A stretch of 63,905 nucleotides of DNA, filler included, from Choristocarpus tenellus KU-1152 (GCA_964200185.2; 12 parts of 12 records of this genome joined end to end with filler, not necessarily neighbours in it); one strand, 5' to 3'. Counted from the whole stretch's first letter, positions 1 to 13,760 are shown. Made by a program: numbers and translations. Notes: generated from the sequence alone by a model not told the origin.

Positions 1-92
1 GTCGAAAAATGTCATTAAAAAATCCATAGGAAGCCAAGCCCCATAAATGGACAAACAGGGGAAAATTCGTACCCTCTAAGATAGTTTCACTC
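1..92. mobile_element. MITE family A, partial (one end)
   Basis: GGAAGCCAAGCC..AAATGGACAAACAGGG..CGTACCCTCTAAGATAGTTTCACTC matches 59425-59485. Confidence 0.9.
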
Positions 93-469
93 ATATCGGA
101 ACCTATCCTCCGACATTCTCATGTTGCACAATCTGTGCTACTTATATGGAATGGCAGCAAGTAGTCAAAAAAGCAAAAGTGTTGCTGGAAACAAGAACCA
201 ATCCGTTCATGTATCAAAATGACTACAATTCTACGTTATACGATGTTAATTGAGAGAAGAGTAGAGGTACATTACACAGATGATGTAAATCATTGGATTG
301 GACAGCATATATGATCACCTGTTCTGATTAGAGGATTACCCAAATACCTTCTCACTATTAATACTACAATGCTCAACATGGTTCATGCGGGGGGTAAAAA
401 AATAAAGCGTAACTGGTGTAAAAAATCCACTCAGTGTAGGTAGATGATGGATGAAGTAGGAGCACAACG

Positions 470-1452
470 AACTTGAATGGTTATGTGCATCATCTATTAA
501 CTACGCAACAGACACCAAAACTACTACCAGAAATAGTACCAAGAAGACCGCATAATCTCTCGTCCTGTGCACCACCAGACACTGAACCCTGCTCCCACCA
601 AAGCAAGGCTTCCATTGTTACAAGTAACACGAGAACATGTTTCCTGCCCTGTCCACGAGACTATTTTCTTGGCCCATGGCCCTCACTTTTTGACAAGTGA
701 GGGGGGCTTCATTATTTCATCTCTTAGGAGCTCACTAAAGTCTGATGAACAAATCACTGCTGTCGCAGTACCATGCATATGCCAGAACCTCTCCAGATTG
801 ACTGTTGATTTAGTAGCATAACGGAGAGATTAATCTTTCCAAGCCCTAAGTAAACACAAAGCAGTGCAAATAGATACAGCAATGGCATAGGCAAAGTACA
901 TACAACACAAGCCGCTTGATTTTTCTACTTGCCAGTATGTGCATCCACGGTGGCACAACCATGCAATCGTTTCTTGCAGGTTCAGAGAAGGCTCGAATCA
1001 TATTAGTGAGTTTTAAACAAGAGCCAGACTTTGTCATTAACTTCTTGGTCAATTTCCCGCTCAACTCATTAAAACTCGAAAGAGAAAATTGTATTGCAGG
1101 AAGGTGATGCCTTCCGTGGTCTCACCTTGCCAGAAGAAAAAGCATGCTACCAGCAAATCCAATCCAAACGAGGCCACAAGGGATGAGAAAGACCAGAGAG
1201 AGGACTACTATACGTGCACACCACCAGTGTGTGCCTGGAGGGAATCAGGTGTAGCATAAAGTAGCCACAGTCACAGGTCTGCACCAAAGGAGTCCCATCC
1301 ATCCCAAATACGAGGTTAACCCTCTGGGTTTCCGTGGTTGAGGCAAAGGTGCTCCTCCTCACCATGTAGATGGATGCCCTGATGTTCAGGATGTTGTAGC
1401 CTGTGGAAATTTTTTTACGAGAAGTAAGGCGACCAAAAGTGGTTGAGGTCAA
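470..1452 (-). mobile_element. Heavily decayed LTR-retrotransposon (copia-like) protease/integrase remnant
   Basis: Fragments resembling copia pol (TGYNILNIRAS..; WMHILAS..IKRL; ENSLVDRAGNM) with many stops and frameshifts; weak. Confidence 0.3.
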
Positions 1453-3330
1453 CGTGCCTCATTACAAACAAATGTGCGGCAGTGGACACCAAATCGAAAG
1501 GTATTATCTCCATGAAATTCCCTGCCAGATCCCAACATCGACTCGTACACTTCGCTATATGGTGGATGCGACATTTTCCGCTGCAAAAAACACGTACCAC
1601 ATCAAAAATGAGATAGAGGGGCCTTATCAAAGGGATAGGAATATTCTACATGATCGGATGGAGTTCCAATCTTGTGCACCCACACATTAATCCCTTTCGT
1701 TCCTTTGACGTTTACGTGTACAGGGGAACTCCCGTCTTGGGGAATCACCGTTGTCATACTTTTTTCCTTACTTCAAACGAAGGTTAGGGTAATTTTTCAT
1801 ACAAACATCAGGATCAGTGTTAAGAACAGGGATAGATTTTCGAAAATGTGTGGGAAAAAGTGGAAAAGAGGTGACAATGGTAGATATGTGAGAGGTGGTG
1901 GTTCTCCTGTGCACACTCTACTGCTGCACCACAGTGTGAAACTTATCTCAGGGTTAGGGATAGTTATCGCAAACAAGTTAGAGTTGGAATTAGGGTTGGG
2001 GTTCGGTTTTTCAAAATGCGTGCGAAAAAGAGTGAACAAAAAGACAGTGGTAGCTCCTTCAGAAGAGAGGGTTCCACTGCTCACGCCAACTTCAACAAGG
2101 CTCGCTGGTGCAAGTGAAACGATGTTACTTCTACTTTTTAATGATTAGTATGGGGTCAGGGTGGTAACGTCGTGGCCATCTGTGTGCCTTCCTCGGAACA
2201 ACGATAGAAAAGTTTGATGCATGCACTGCAAAATATCAAAATTTCGTAGGGCAGTCTTGCTTTCAGCTAAGGCAGATACTTCACACGATCTGACCAGATA
2301 ATGCCCCTCCCCTGTCCAAGGTAATGGAGTGGAGGTTGAGGAAAGGAACCCCAGATGCAATCAGAATCCTGTGCATGTCTGAAGAACTCTATCATCTTTA
2401 ACTCGTCACCTTCAAGAGAAGGTAACACATCGGAGACATCCGACCAGCTTTCGTAGAGGTCCACCAAAGCGACCTTCCAGTCCCCACACTCCGCATGTTT
2501 CCCCCCATTTTGGCGATAGTCAACGGAAAGATACAGTTTCCAACCGTCCCAACCATGACCACACCTTACTCCTCTCTCTCTATGGACGACCATTACGTCT
2601 TTATCGTCATTGGGAAAAGCATCCACGGACTCGGTGCATGCCTGTCATGCGTTGAAACCTGGGATTGGATTAATCGTGCTGTTGTACGGTGGCAGGTTGG
2701 TTGTGGTGAAGGGGTGTCATAGTGCAATGGAGCACCGGTGAATTCATGCTGATGAGCCTAGTGACATGCTTTGCATAGTCACAGGTCATAGAGTACAGCG
2801 ATATAGGGCATTTCTTGGTACATTCAAAGGAAAAGATTCATGCTCTGTGTGAAGCTTGTCACATTGTGAAGAAGGGTTTATGGATCTTTTGACTCTGAGT
2901 ATATTGCATCCTGTTGTGTGTCAGATACACTTAGTGCAGGGTGAACTCGACATCTAAGGGCAAAGCAAACCAGAGAAAAATTAACATTCAACACTTTTTT
3001 GGGGACTGAGACAACGCATATAGAAACATACTATCCTTGCTTATTTGACAGATGTGGACTGCTCCATACTTGGTAGCACCATGGGTTGTATCGGTAATTC
3101 TTATGATGTCATAGTACTAACAATGGAATACGAGTAACGACCATTATCCATGTTCGAATCAACAGTCAGTATAAACTGATAATACTGCATCGTATCGATT
3201 TGATTACACAAAAGATGAAAGAGTAGCCTATCCCCCCCCAGACCCCCCCTATAGAATTCAACCTTACAGCCAGCCGATCCCTAGGGAGGGAGGAGTGTTG
3301 AACTATCCCACGCAGGACCCGCGGCTTTTA

Positions 3331-3430
3331 NNNNNNNNNNNNNNNNNNNNNNNNNNNNNNNNNNNNNNNNNNNNTTAATTAATTAANNNNNNNNNNNNNN
3401 NNNNNNNNNNNNNNNNNNNNNNNNNNNNNN
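3331..3430. other. Artificial contig linker N44-TTAATTAATTAA-N44 (first of 11)
   Basis: Identical 100-bp spacer with stops in all frames at 3331-3430, 7592-7691, 10376-10475, 14746-14845, 23711-23810, 29247-29346, 36124-36223, 47179-47278, 50368-50467, 54504-54603, 60626-60725. A separate 10-N gap lies at 9576-9585. Confidence 0.98.
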
Positions 3431-3544
3431 ATCTAGTATAAAAACATTTAGCACTTTAAAAAGATATAGCACAGCCTATTATAGAACAACATTAGGTAAT
3501 ACACCAAACCAAAAAAAAAAAAAAAAAAAAAAAAAGGAATGTAC

Positions 3545-3671
3545 CTTTAAGATCACAGATAGGCCTTTTTTCCAAACAAACCGGATAATACCACAGTATC
3601 TCTTGCACATGCTCCCAACACCCAACATGCAACTGCTCCGAAGCAATATTCAACATCATCTTGCCCAATTC
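3545..3671 (-). CDS. Exon resembling the N-terminal region of JMJD5/KDM8/JMJ30-type JmjC proteins
   Basis: AG|..|GT-bounded 127-nt exon encoding ELGKMMLNIASEQLHVGCWEHVQEILWYYPVCLEKRPICDLK. A-x-EQLH-x-G-x-W-x-x-V resembles the AWEQLHSGPWxxV motif of JMJ30/JMJD5. Confidence 0.45.
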
Positions 3672-4429
3672 CTTTCAAGCAAGGAGAATGTGTGACTGAC
3701 TCTTACTGCACCCTCCAATCCCTTTGCTGTCTTGAGAATTGAGGTCTTTCAAATGATAAATTCAAAATATCAAAATATATATACATATACATATTCTCAA
3801 CTAGATTTTAAAATTGTCAATACAAAAAAACTCCTCTGACAAAAACAAAATCTGTCACTGATGTGCAACACAGTGTTGTTCGGTTCTAGGCAATGTGCAA
3901 CAAATATCCCCCTCTACATTATTGGAATGCCTGCTGCCTTGCTTTGCATTGTGTAGTAGCACTAATAGCAGTAGTGTTTTCTGAGATAATTCTAAACAAT
4001 CCTCAGAGTCAAACCCCCCTCCCCTCAACAACCCCGCCTCTCCCTCTCAGGCCTCAAACCGCCCAGAATGTGCCCCCATCCTCTAGATTGCAAACAGCAG
4101 TCAACTTGCCTTGCAAGCAAAAGAATCTGTTATCACGTCCACCACCTTGGTAAAGCCGTCAATAACCTTCACAAACGTCTCCACCGGCTTACGAAAAGGA
4201 CTTGTAACTAAAACCCTCATTGTAATCACAGGTGCGGGCTAGATAGAGCATACACGCATATGCGTGTATGTTCCCATATCCCACGCACCAGTGGTGAGAA
4301 GAGAGAGGAAGGTGAGGTGGGGGTGGGGGCAGGGACAGTAAAAGGGACAAGGTTGATTTCTCAGAGGGGTGTTGTGGCAGCCGAAAAAAACAGTCTCATG
4401 CGAAAGGGGAAAAACCTTAAACCTCAAAA

Positions 4430-5700
4430 CATTATTAGATCTCCTCAAGCTTTCATCACTAGAATCTAGATGTTACAAATGAAAAAGAACTCAGGAATGT
4501 AACATAAATTGACTTCAGAACCTTCAACGCGCTCAATTGAATTGAAGCATGGACAGGGGACATGAGGCGACATGGGTGCGAGGAAGTGCTGAGTGTCATG
4601 GGAATGTTCAAAAGTCGACTGCGCGAGCATGATTAGATGTCGGAAAATGATCAACTAGTCAGTAATCGAGAGGTTTTCGATTGCATCCTCAAATCTTCTT
4701 CCTAACAAATCAGCAATCACGGCAATTCGGAACACTTATCGAATCAATATGTGTTTCAGAGAGTATACAATTATGGGTACTTTTCTTAAATCAGATGTCT
4801 CAGCTTTTCTGACACGTGTCAAGTAAAAGAGCACCACAAGGAGCTGTCATGAAATCAAAGCAACGCACCGTAAATCCTCCTTCTCGTGGCATCAGTACAA
4901 CATCAGTTCAATTGAACTTTCAACTAGAGGTATCCCTACCCCCTGCAGTACCTCTTCACATCTCTAACTGCATTCCTCTCAGTGCCCATGTCAGAAAAGG
5001 ACAACCTGCCCACCCCAGTACGATCTCTTCATCTTTACGCTAGCATCTCAGTAGCTGCCAAATACGATTTGGTGGCACGAGGGGTTATGGGAGCATGTTA
5101 CACCTTATCTACAAGCAGCAGCCAACTGTATAGCTGTGAAAGGGCTGAAAAGGAAACACCGAACCTTGTTTGGGTTCCCGTCCTCTCGCTCAAATCTCAG
5201 GGCATGGTCCCGTACGTTGTTCATACTGAAGTCAGCAACTCGGCGTTCATGAGTGGCCAAGATCTCATAAACCCCACTCGCTTCCTTGACGATGGAGATG
5301 ACAAGGTCTTGGGTCCATGCTGTTTCAAGGTGCACCTTCCCGAGAAAAAAACCATGGGGATATTTCGGAGGTGTTGAGAGATTGATGGGGGTAAACTGGG
5401 CACTCTGGTTTCAGTAACTGTAAGGAGAGGAGAAGGGAGGTGGGTGGGGTATACCTTAGGGGTACCATACCAAGCTACCTCTTAGCTGTCGATGTGGTTG
5501 GTAGGGATTCAAGGCGCTCCAGGCCTACGATGCACAGATTATGCAAAAGTGGGCGCCTTCGTTCACCCGTATCGTCACGCTATTGTACTCGTCCTCGAAG
5601 TAGGATACATCGCCATCATCGCTCAGAACTCTGAGGGGAATGTTGCGAATTTCACTGCCCAACTTGGCACTTATGTAGACGATGTCTCCCCTGCCATGCA
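4430..5700 (-). mobile_element. Decayed Ty1/copia RT-RNase H
   Basis: IERVEGSEVNLCYIP..NI (RNase H end) at ~4440-4540; PPKYPHGFFLGKVHL and KEASGVYEIL (RT) at ~5250-5380; multiple stops. Confidence 0.6.
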
Positions 5701-7129
5701 ACGAAGATTACCAAGATATTCCAGGCATGTTAGATATACTTAAGGATTGAAAGCATTACGGAAGACAAAAATTGGAAGGAGGTCGAAAGAGTCTAAATTG
5801 GACACGACCGGCCAATGTGTACGATACGTGGGGATGAACTTCTCAAGGAAGAACATCTCTAAAATAATCTACGTGTCTACGTGTACAAGGAAGGGGATGG
5901 CAATCCTCGCCAGGGTGTCAGTAGCTAACGATTTAAAATCACAATGCAGATCGGGGACCCCATTGAATATATAAATAAGTATACCCATGTCGATTGGGGA
6001 TTGCGACAAGATTGACATAGTGTAACGAGCACGACAATGTTAACGAGAAAGCACACCTCATGTTTCGCTAGCGTATAACAAAGTGTAATATTCAGCAAAG
6101 AGATAACAAATAAACCATAATCCTGTCACCTGCAGCATTCTACCCATCTTCCATGCAGTACTGTCAACTCCAGCTGTGCCCCTCCATCGGTCATTGTTTG
6201 ATGGGATGTAGAGTGTACGTCGACTAGACTAGAGTATGACAAATGGTACCTATGCACTTCGTCTCAACTCCGCGGTATAGACTGGGGTAGGTGACCACAC
6301 GATGCAGTCAGGATGGACAAGCACACGCAGTCGATCTATTACTTAGGTTTAGATAAATTGGAAAAATGGATATAGGTGGACTTAGGAAACTTGGATTTAT
6401 GGCATGTTGTATATTAACACAGTATATTACAAAGAGAAGAAGAAAAAAAATTACGTATTTAAAATTTTATTTTTTGCGAAATTTTGTGTATTAGGATGAA
6501 ACAGATGGAAACAGGTAGACAGGTTGTTCAAACTTCAGGGAAGTGGGAAGACCGACAGAAGGAAGGGAATTGAAAGAGACAAGGTAGGAGGAGGAGTAAT
6601 CCCTCAGAAGGCCACTCAAGGAAGAGTGAACAGGCAAAAGTGAATGAGGTGGGTTCGTAAGATCCACTCAAACCACCCGATATTTACTTCAACAAGAAAA
6701 TGTTTATTGCAACAAATAAATGCGGATGTCATAAGAAGGAACAGACCTTGATGTAGGTCACCTAAAAAAGTATACCTTAGTTGGAAGATGACTAATACAT
6801 TAGGTAAGTTTTCATTACTATTATGCCATTCTGTATACGGAGTTTACTTCGATCAACGTAATTAGGTGAAAGGTTATGACTCGACCTACAAGACAACGAT
6901 AGTAGTAATTACTAGTAGTGAACACAGTCCTTCTCAAAAAATATAATATGCCCTCTGATATTTTTGAGGTGTGTGAGGGGAAAAGAACAAACAATATCAG
7001 AACAACCCCTGTAGAAGTAGAAGGAACAGTACTACTTGTTGAACTACTGATGGTGCCCACTTGAAATTTGCGATCTTTTGCAAGTACTGAAGCTTCTCAG
7101 ATTATTAGAGGTTCGACAAGGAGGACAGT

Positions 7130-7570
7130 TTTGAAAGCCACTTTTGGTTCTTAAGGACCCTGGATACAGAAACCTGTATAGGGTAATTTTCGAGACACAA
7201 AAACAATCTGGGGTTGTCGACACCCCAACTAAGGAGCCTCTGGATGGGGATAAAAAGATACAAGAGGTCAAGAGGACTGGCCGCAGAGGTGCTTGCGGAC
7301 TAGGGGATGCCTCAAAACAAGATGGGAAGTGTAGGGCAAATAAAGATTAGGCAAAGGCCCAAATGAGTCCAGTGACAAGGAAGCGGGACATGAATGTCGG
7401 CAGACGTAATGCTCAAGAGGTTGGGGAAGCTGATGGCAAAGATCAAAAGGAAAAAACTCAAGTTAGCCAGCAGAAATGCGCTTTCTGAGGGACAGACACA
7501 TGTACTGCTGATCTTTTATTACCAGTTCGTTGTCTACACCTGTGTGGACCAAACAGAGGCAATGGAGGTT
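7130..7570 (+). repeat. Diverged interspersed repeat, copy 1 (copy 2 at ~47430-47920)
   Basis: GCTCAAGAGG..GGAAGCTGAT..AAAAACTCAAGTT.GCCA..CACATGTACTGCTG..CCAGTT is shared with 47762-47880. Confidence 0.7.
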
Positions 7571-7591
7571 GGGTCAAAGTATCTTGGGGGG
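7571..7591. mobile_element. MITE family B terminus at contig end
   Basis: GGGTCAAAGTATCTTGGGGGG followed by the gap. Confidence 0.85.
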
Positions 7592-7691
7592 NNNNNNNNN
7601 NNNNNNNNNNNNNNNNNNNNNNNNNNNNNNNNNNNTTAATTAATTAANNNNNNNNNNNNNNNNNNNNNNNNNNNNNNNNNNNNNNNNNNNN

Positions 7692-7723
7692 CCCCCCCCC
7701 CCCCCTCCCAGATACTTTGGGTC
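7692..7723. mobile_element. MITE family B terminus at contig start
   Basis: C-run followed by CCCAGATACTTTGGGTC. Confidence 0.85.
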
Positions 7724-9463
7724 ATATTTTATATTATTTTGCCCTCTGACATTTTGTAGATATGTCGGGGGAAACCATTGAAAACTATACATATTGTCAG
7801 TAAAAGCCCTGAAGAAATAAAATGTCATAAATGTGAAAAACCCTAATCCATTTTTTACTTCACCATCTATGTTGTACTACTGCCATCCTGTGTCTCCAAT
7901 CTACCTATAGCTGTGCCCCGGGGAGGAGGTAGGGAGACTTCACAAGAATCCAATAAACCCTTTCGTGCACATCTCCCTGGTGATTCCAGCTTTAAAACGC
8001 ATGATACGTCTAGACAGTGCCACTTGCGTAGTTACCGAGACATATTGTTATATTCTAAAAATCGCGCAAATATCCTAGTTAAAATGAATACTGAAAACAT
8101 ATCATTTGGTGAATTATCTAGGAAGTTAATCGGTACAGGGTCCAAAAAGCTAAATATATTAGTAATATTACGGTTTGTTTTGGTACCTAGTCCGTGTTAA
8201 AATTTTGAAAAAATATATACAAAAACCCCTGGATGATTCAAAATGTACCCTAGAATTAGATGTTTTGATCAAGGCATCATTTTCTTACCAAAACTTGGAG
8301 GGATCCGGTCAACAGAAAGAATACGCTGATGACGGTTTCACCTCGATCCATCCTACCGCCGCCTGTTTCTCTCTTGTCTGTATATCTCATCACCCACTGA
8401 ATTTACCCAGAATCCTGTTAATATTGTTCCCCGTGTGTGTTCCACCCCTTTCGTAGGTATCGACATTACCTTGCCTATGCACGGAAAGACGTACTACGAT
8501 AGTGCGATCTATCACCAACACACGCAAAATGTCAGTAGGGATACGACATGAAAAATAACACAGTTCACAATCACAGAGAAGTCTTTGATACCTCCAAAAA
8601 AATGAAAAATTACATCGAATGCCAATAATGGTGGAAACAACACCTAAATCTCGGATGGATGCTGGAAGGATCGCCCCAGTAGTTTCAATAGTTCAAGACT
8701 TTCTTTTTGTGCTTGAGCGGATGGATGTCCCTTTTGTATTGGTTATTTTACAGATGATAGATAGGCTAAGAATACCGCACCCACTTTCACATGTACTCGA
8801 CATGGTGGGTAAGATGTGTCGATTTGAGATACACCCAGGAGATGTAGAGATAAAACTGAATTATTGGTGCTTGAGAAAGGTGACTATCACCCTCTGGCGA
8901 CCTCTGGCTCAGTGCAGCGGGAACAGCTTGAGTGACAAACAAACAATACACCGATGATCTACCCTTCTCTAACCATACTTTCAAGTGCGCATCCTCTCTC
9001 CCCCAGCATGTGATAGGTTTTTTCATGGGCGTAACTCAACTTGAACTAAATTCAACCACCCTGAAAGGAGAAAACAAGAATGAAAAAAGCCCCCGCCCCC
9101 CCGCCCCTCCTTACTGCGGCTATAATGCCAAGTGCTTTGTGTACAAAATGCTATCCTCATCATTTCAACCTTTATCCCAATCAATTCCTACCTTTCCAGT
9201 AGAAAAGTTAGACCAAGAATTACAATCTGGAACTGAGCGCCATGCCACCAATAATAATGAACACTATTTCCCTCCCAAATCAACATGAAATCATTTGTAT
9301 ATTTTTATTATTGTTATTGGAAGAATTCTCAATCCCATCATCCACCGAAAAGGAACGCACAAAGCCCCCTCCAAAAACCGTTCCTCCTCCATCCCCAACT
9401 TCCACCAGACCTCGACCACTATCAACCCTTCTACACCTGTCACCATTGCACAATCGTACCACA

Positions 9464-9650
9464 TCATACCATACCATACCATACCATACCTTCTTCTCCC
9501 CCCCCCCCCCCCCCCCCCCCCACCACCCCCCCCCCCAACAACCCCAACCAACACAAGGAGCAAACGAACAGGCCANNNNNNNNNNCACCATCCCCACCCA
9601 CCCACCCCCACCACACCCCACCCCACCCTCCTCTCCCCCCCCCCCCCCCA
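9464..9650. repeat. (ATACC)n and C-rich low-complexity tract
   Basis: CATACCATACC.. and poly-C runs around the 10-N gap, downstream of the citrate synthase stop. Confidence 0.85.
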
Positions 9651-9890
9651 ACACCTACTATCGCTGCCACAGGAGATGATCCAAACAAAACTATGGACGA
9701 ATCGATATGGCTCAATTCAAACACAACGTGTAGGGGGCACAGCCCCTCTAAAAGGAGACATGGCAACAACATACATACTCCAGGGCACAATGCAACTCTG
9801 ATACCCACCCCCTCCTCCCAAACGCCTTCCTTCCTCTCTGTCTCATCATCACAGCACAAACCTCCTTCCCCACACCTCATAGCACCCCCA

Positions 9891-10136
9891 CTACTTCGTA
9901 GCATGCGCCCAGAGCCACTCTGGGGTGACAGACTTCGGGCGCTCCAGAGGCAGCCCCAGAGCACGGTCCCAGAAGAGCTGGGAAAGGGCTCCAATCCCAC
10001 GGGACACTCCAAAGAGCACCGTGTAATAGTCATGCTCAGTGAAGTCATAGTGGGATAGCAACACCCCAGAGTGGGCATCCACGTTGGGCCAGGGGTTCTT
10101 CACCTTCCCGAGCTCAGTGAGAACACCAGGAACGAC
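9891..10136 (-). CDS. CS: Citrate synthase (eukaryotic/mitochondrial type), terminal exon
   Basis: Acceptor CTGACAG| then [81 protein letters not shown]. Contains the catalytic PNVD motif and the LERPKS motif. Confidence 0.95.
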   Translation of the reverse strand, partial: VVPGVLTELGKVKNPWPNVDAHSGVLLSHYDFTEHDYYTVLFGVSRGIGALSQLFWDRALGLPLERPKSVTPEWLWAHATK

Positions 10137-10494
10137 CTGTCAGTTGGATCACCATTTCGGGATTTTGTTAGTACTTGGTATGCGTGCATCATTGCATGTA
10201 TGCACGTGTTCACACAGACGGTGAGGGGGTAACAGGGTCTCTCTCTTGTGTGCAGAGACAGAAAAAAAAAAACACACACACACACAGCAAGATTCTCACC
10301 TCCCCCCCCCCCCACACACAAAACCCACCAAAAACCAAAAAAGCAACAAAAAACAAGAAAGACCAGGGAGGGAGANNNNNNNNNNNNNNNNNNNNNNNNN
10401 NNNNNNNNNNNNNNNNNNNTTAATTAATTAANNNNNNNNNNNNNNNNNNNNNNNNNNNNNNNNNNNNNNNNNNNNTGGTGTGTGAACTGGTAAG

Positions 10495-10663
10495 AACCCC
10501 AAGTTTGGGCCCTTTTACTCCCAGGTGGGGGGGGGGGGGGGGGGAGGGGGTATACACCATTTGGGTCAAAACCAGGAAAAGTGTACTTACATTATCCATC
10601 CGATGTATGCAACCAAATCACCCAAAAATGCGACATGAAAAATTGACCCTAAATGGCCAGCCG

Positions 10664-10705
<42 letters not shown>

Positions 10706-10730
10706 ACCTACACACCAGATACTTTGAGCC
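10495..10730. mobile_element. MITE family B copy with expanded G-run and (CA)n
   Basis: Core CAGGAAAAGTGTAC..TATCCATCCGATGTATGCAACCAAATCACCCAAAAATGCGACATGAAAAATTGACCC, ending CAGATACTTTGAGCC; left end degraded. Confidence 0.85.
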
Positions 10731-13128
10731 TTTCTTAAAAAAAAAAAAAAAATGGCGAAAAAAAGAACGAAGCCTCTACGCAATTTGAACTCTGGAGGGT
10801 GTTGTGACGGGTATCACGAAAATGCTTTTATTTTTTAAATCCAATGTCTACATCAAAAGTTATGACGGGACAAACCCAGAGATATAAGCTATTGGTACCA
10901 CTATACTGTCTGTACACTCTGAAAAGCTGAAAAAAAAATTATCACACAAAAACATAGCCACTTCCCTACCCAGTCGGGCACTTCCGGGTATAGCACTATA
11001 GTAGTAGCTCTGCATCGAATGGAGGCCTGGCTTACCACTGAGGTCGAAGCAGCTATAGCCCGTTGAATGAAGTGACCTTGTCCACCAACCATGTGTGATA
11101 GTGCCTGCTCTACTTCTCTTCTTTTCTTCTTTTCTTCTTTGGAGGAAAAGGGAATTGGGTTCCTTTTCCGTAACATAGTAGGATTATCTTCTTGGTGATA
11201 GTAGGTTGTATCTGTTCATTAGGAGGTGTAGAGCGTTGTTGGCCTAAATGCTCTGAAGTGCATGCGGATATGTGTCCCTCATTGAATCAATTGGGGTCCT
11301 TGATCCTGGAGGAGGAGCTGACCCTTGAATTGTGCGTAATTTCTCTCTTTAATTCTTGCCTTGGTAGACGTGACCGATCTGCCTTTCCGAGTCATTCTCT
11401 TTCCATTTATTTTCTTCCCTGCGGACTTTACTGATGGATCTCAACCCTTTCTTCGGTAAATTGGCCCCATCCGTTTCTGGTCTCTTTTTCATTGCCTTTC
11501 TTACCACGGATTCGCGTACGCTGTATTATGTTGCTTCCTTCTCCTTGACAATATCTGCCAGTCTTAGTCTTTTATCCTTTCTTTCGAGCATGAATGCATC
11601 ATAACTTCGAACTCACACTTCGAACAAATAAATGTGGTCAATCCAATAAAAAAATCGATGAGTTTCTTGCGGAAGAGGTTCAGATATTTCTTGGGGGGTT
11701 TACAAATGTCCTGTATGCGCGCACATATTCGACCTTATTGGGTGCCCGCGTAGGTGTAACGGTTTCTTGATGTGGTGATTCTGTATGATACTCCTATCAC
11801 ATAACCTCGAGACCTCGCACAGCAATGCCTGCAGCGGCGAAGCGACTATCAACTCACAGCTCACGAAGAGAGATTCAAGCAACTTGCCAAAACATTAAAA
11901 CCTACTTTGTGATACCTTCCTCCTTGCAGCAGAGTCCAGTGTGGACAGCTCGTGACCTGTTGCTTAGTGGTAAAGATACCTGGGGAAGTCTAAGCCATGG
12001 GAGGTGGGGCTTCATCAATAGCATCTGGCCAGATGGAGGAGATGATGGCCTATTCGGTTCTTCTCGGGAGGACCATCACAGCTCTCAGCTTTCCAGGTTG
12101 GACGGACGGGTTGGTGATGCCTTCACTCACCTGCTAGTCAATGCCCATCCCACTCCGGATCACCCTCGAACCTTCACTTGTTTTGTGCATAGCACACCGG
12201 GGACTTTCTACCGTATATAGTCCCGTCTTGGATAGAGATCAACTTGACATGTGCAGTCGTGGGTGCCCCAGTCAAATTCACTTGATGTTCTAGAACTCCG
12301 CTGGAGTAACTCTTCTGTTCTGTTCTTAGCCCGCCCATTTCAACTCCAAAGGGATGAGTTCCTCCATCGACACTACCGTCCTGAAAAATGCCCTCCGAAC
12401 TTCCAGGCATGTACAGTATTCGTGATTTCAACCTCAACAGAGGGGAGAAGGAGAAGAAAAAACCTCGCTGCAAGACTGAGGAGGAAGGGGATGGTTTGAC
12501 TAGCTCGCCTCAAGAGTGTGACGATCGGAACTCAGCTGCATCAACAAGTAGTTCTAGTGATAGTCCATCAGCTCTCATCAGCACCGACATAGAGGACCAC
12601 TTCACATTACGAGTTGATGGGAATGTTATCGTTCTGGATGATGTCACAAGACAGGTGCATGATTAATTTGATACAACTATACCCAACGTGGACGTAGCAT
12701 GGTTGAGGGGGTTCTCTTTTTTGGGATATCGCTTTAACACACCCTGCATTGAATGCCTTTCCAAACGCAAATTGTTTTTACATTTCCTTGTGAAGTCCTC
12801 GAGAAAGCTTATAGAATGGATTTACCTCCAAGGTTAGAGTCGTACTATTTGAGACGTAGGCAAGGTTGCATATTCAGGATCCCCAGAAAGGGAAAAAATA
12901 CACCATTTTGTGCAATTGCAGAAAGACCGTATGTTGAATTGTGGTCTCACTTTGTGTGTGGAAAGGGAGAATATCCAATTGAAATCGAAAACTCAATTCC
13001 CAACATTTGTTGGGGATTTGGGGGACAAATGTTGAGAGTTTGGATGTAAATCAGCCTTCGAAAAACGAATTTCAGCTCTGCACTTCTGTGTAACATCACC
13101 AGCTCTGATATAGTTGAAAGGGTGATAA

Positions 13129-13319
13129 GGCTCAAAGTATTGGGGGGGGGGGGTGACGGCTGTCCATTTGGGGTCAAATTTTTCATGTCGTGATTTTTGG
13201 GTGATTTGGTCGCATACATCTGATGGATAATGTAAATGCACTTTTCCTGATTTTGACCTAAATTGACACCCTGGTGTAGCCCCCCCCCCCCCCCACCCCC
13301 CCCCCAGATACTCTGGGTC
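13129..13319. mobile_element. MITE family B, full length
   Basis: GGCTCAAAGTAT...GATACTCTGGGTC TIRs with family core; no clear TSD. Confidence 0.9.
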
Positions 13320-13760
13320 TTTGTTGATGGAACGAATGTATTGATAGCGCAATACTGTTGGCTTCATTGAGCCATAAGTATGTAGGAAAGGTATGCGCAA
13401 GAAGGGCGTAATATATTCTTGTTGGTGGTGCTGTCCACGGAGAAATTTCCTGGAGGCACGACTCATCGTCATTGGGGACTTTATTTTTCCAGGAACAGCA
13501 AGTATTCGGGGTGAGAGTTGGGGCTACCATTTTTTTTAAGGAGTGCTCTCTGTGTAATTGACTCGAAAAACAGAATTGTGTGTACAAGAGCACCAGGATG
13601 GCACTCTGAAGAGCCTTCTGCGTTGACGACTTCCCCTTCTCCTCCACACCCCTATCTATGTACAACAGCGAGTGCTACGAATGTGGGAGGGAGGGAAGAG
13701 TACATGTTCCTGTATGTGTTGTGATAGGAATTAGCCTGCATGCTCTAGGCTAGAACAATT

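Noticed and set aside
2700-3230. Plus-strand copia zinc knuckle and WIxDS protease motif
   Set aside because: Both motifs need frameshifts to read; not supportable.
3375-3386. Recurrent palindrome TTAATTAATTAA as a biological repeat or array
   Set aside because: It is always centred in N44..N44, so it is a synthetic all-frame-stop linker.
7571-7723. B termini either side of the linker forming a single MITE
   Set aside because: The contigs are artificially joined and the flanks (GGTT / ATAT) show no TSD.
9242-10078. Several Pro/Gly/His-rich ORFs
   Set aside because: They arise from C-runs and microsatellites in and antisense to the citrate synthase 3' region and span an N gap.
11400-13600. 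Possible decayed CACTA/Plavaka-like transposase
   Set aside because: The motif resemblance is too weak to call by eye.
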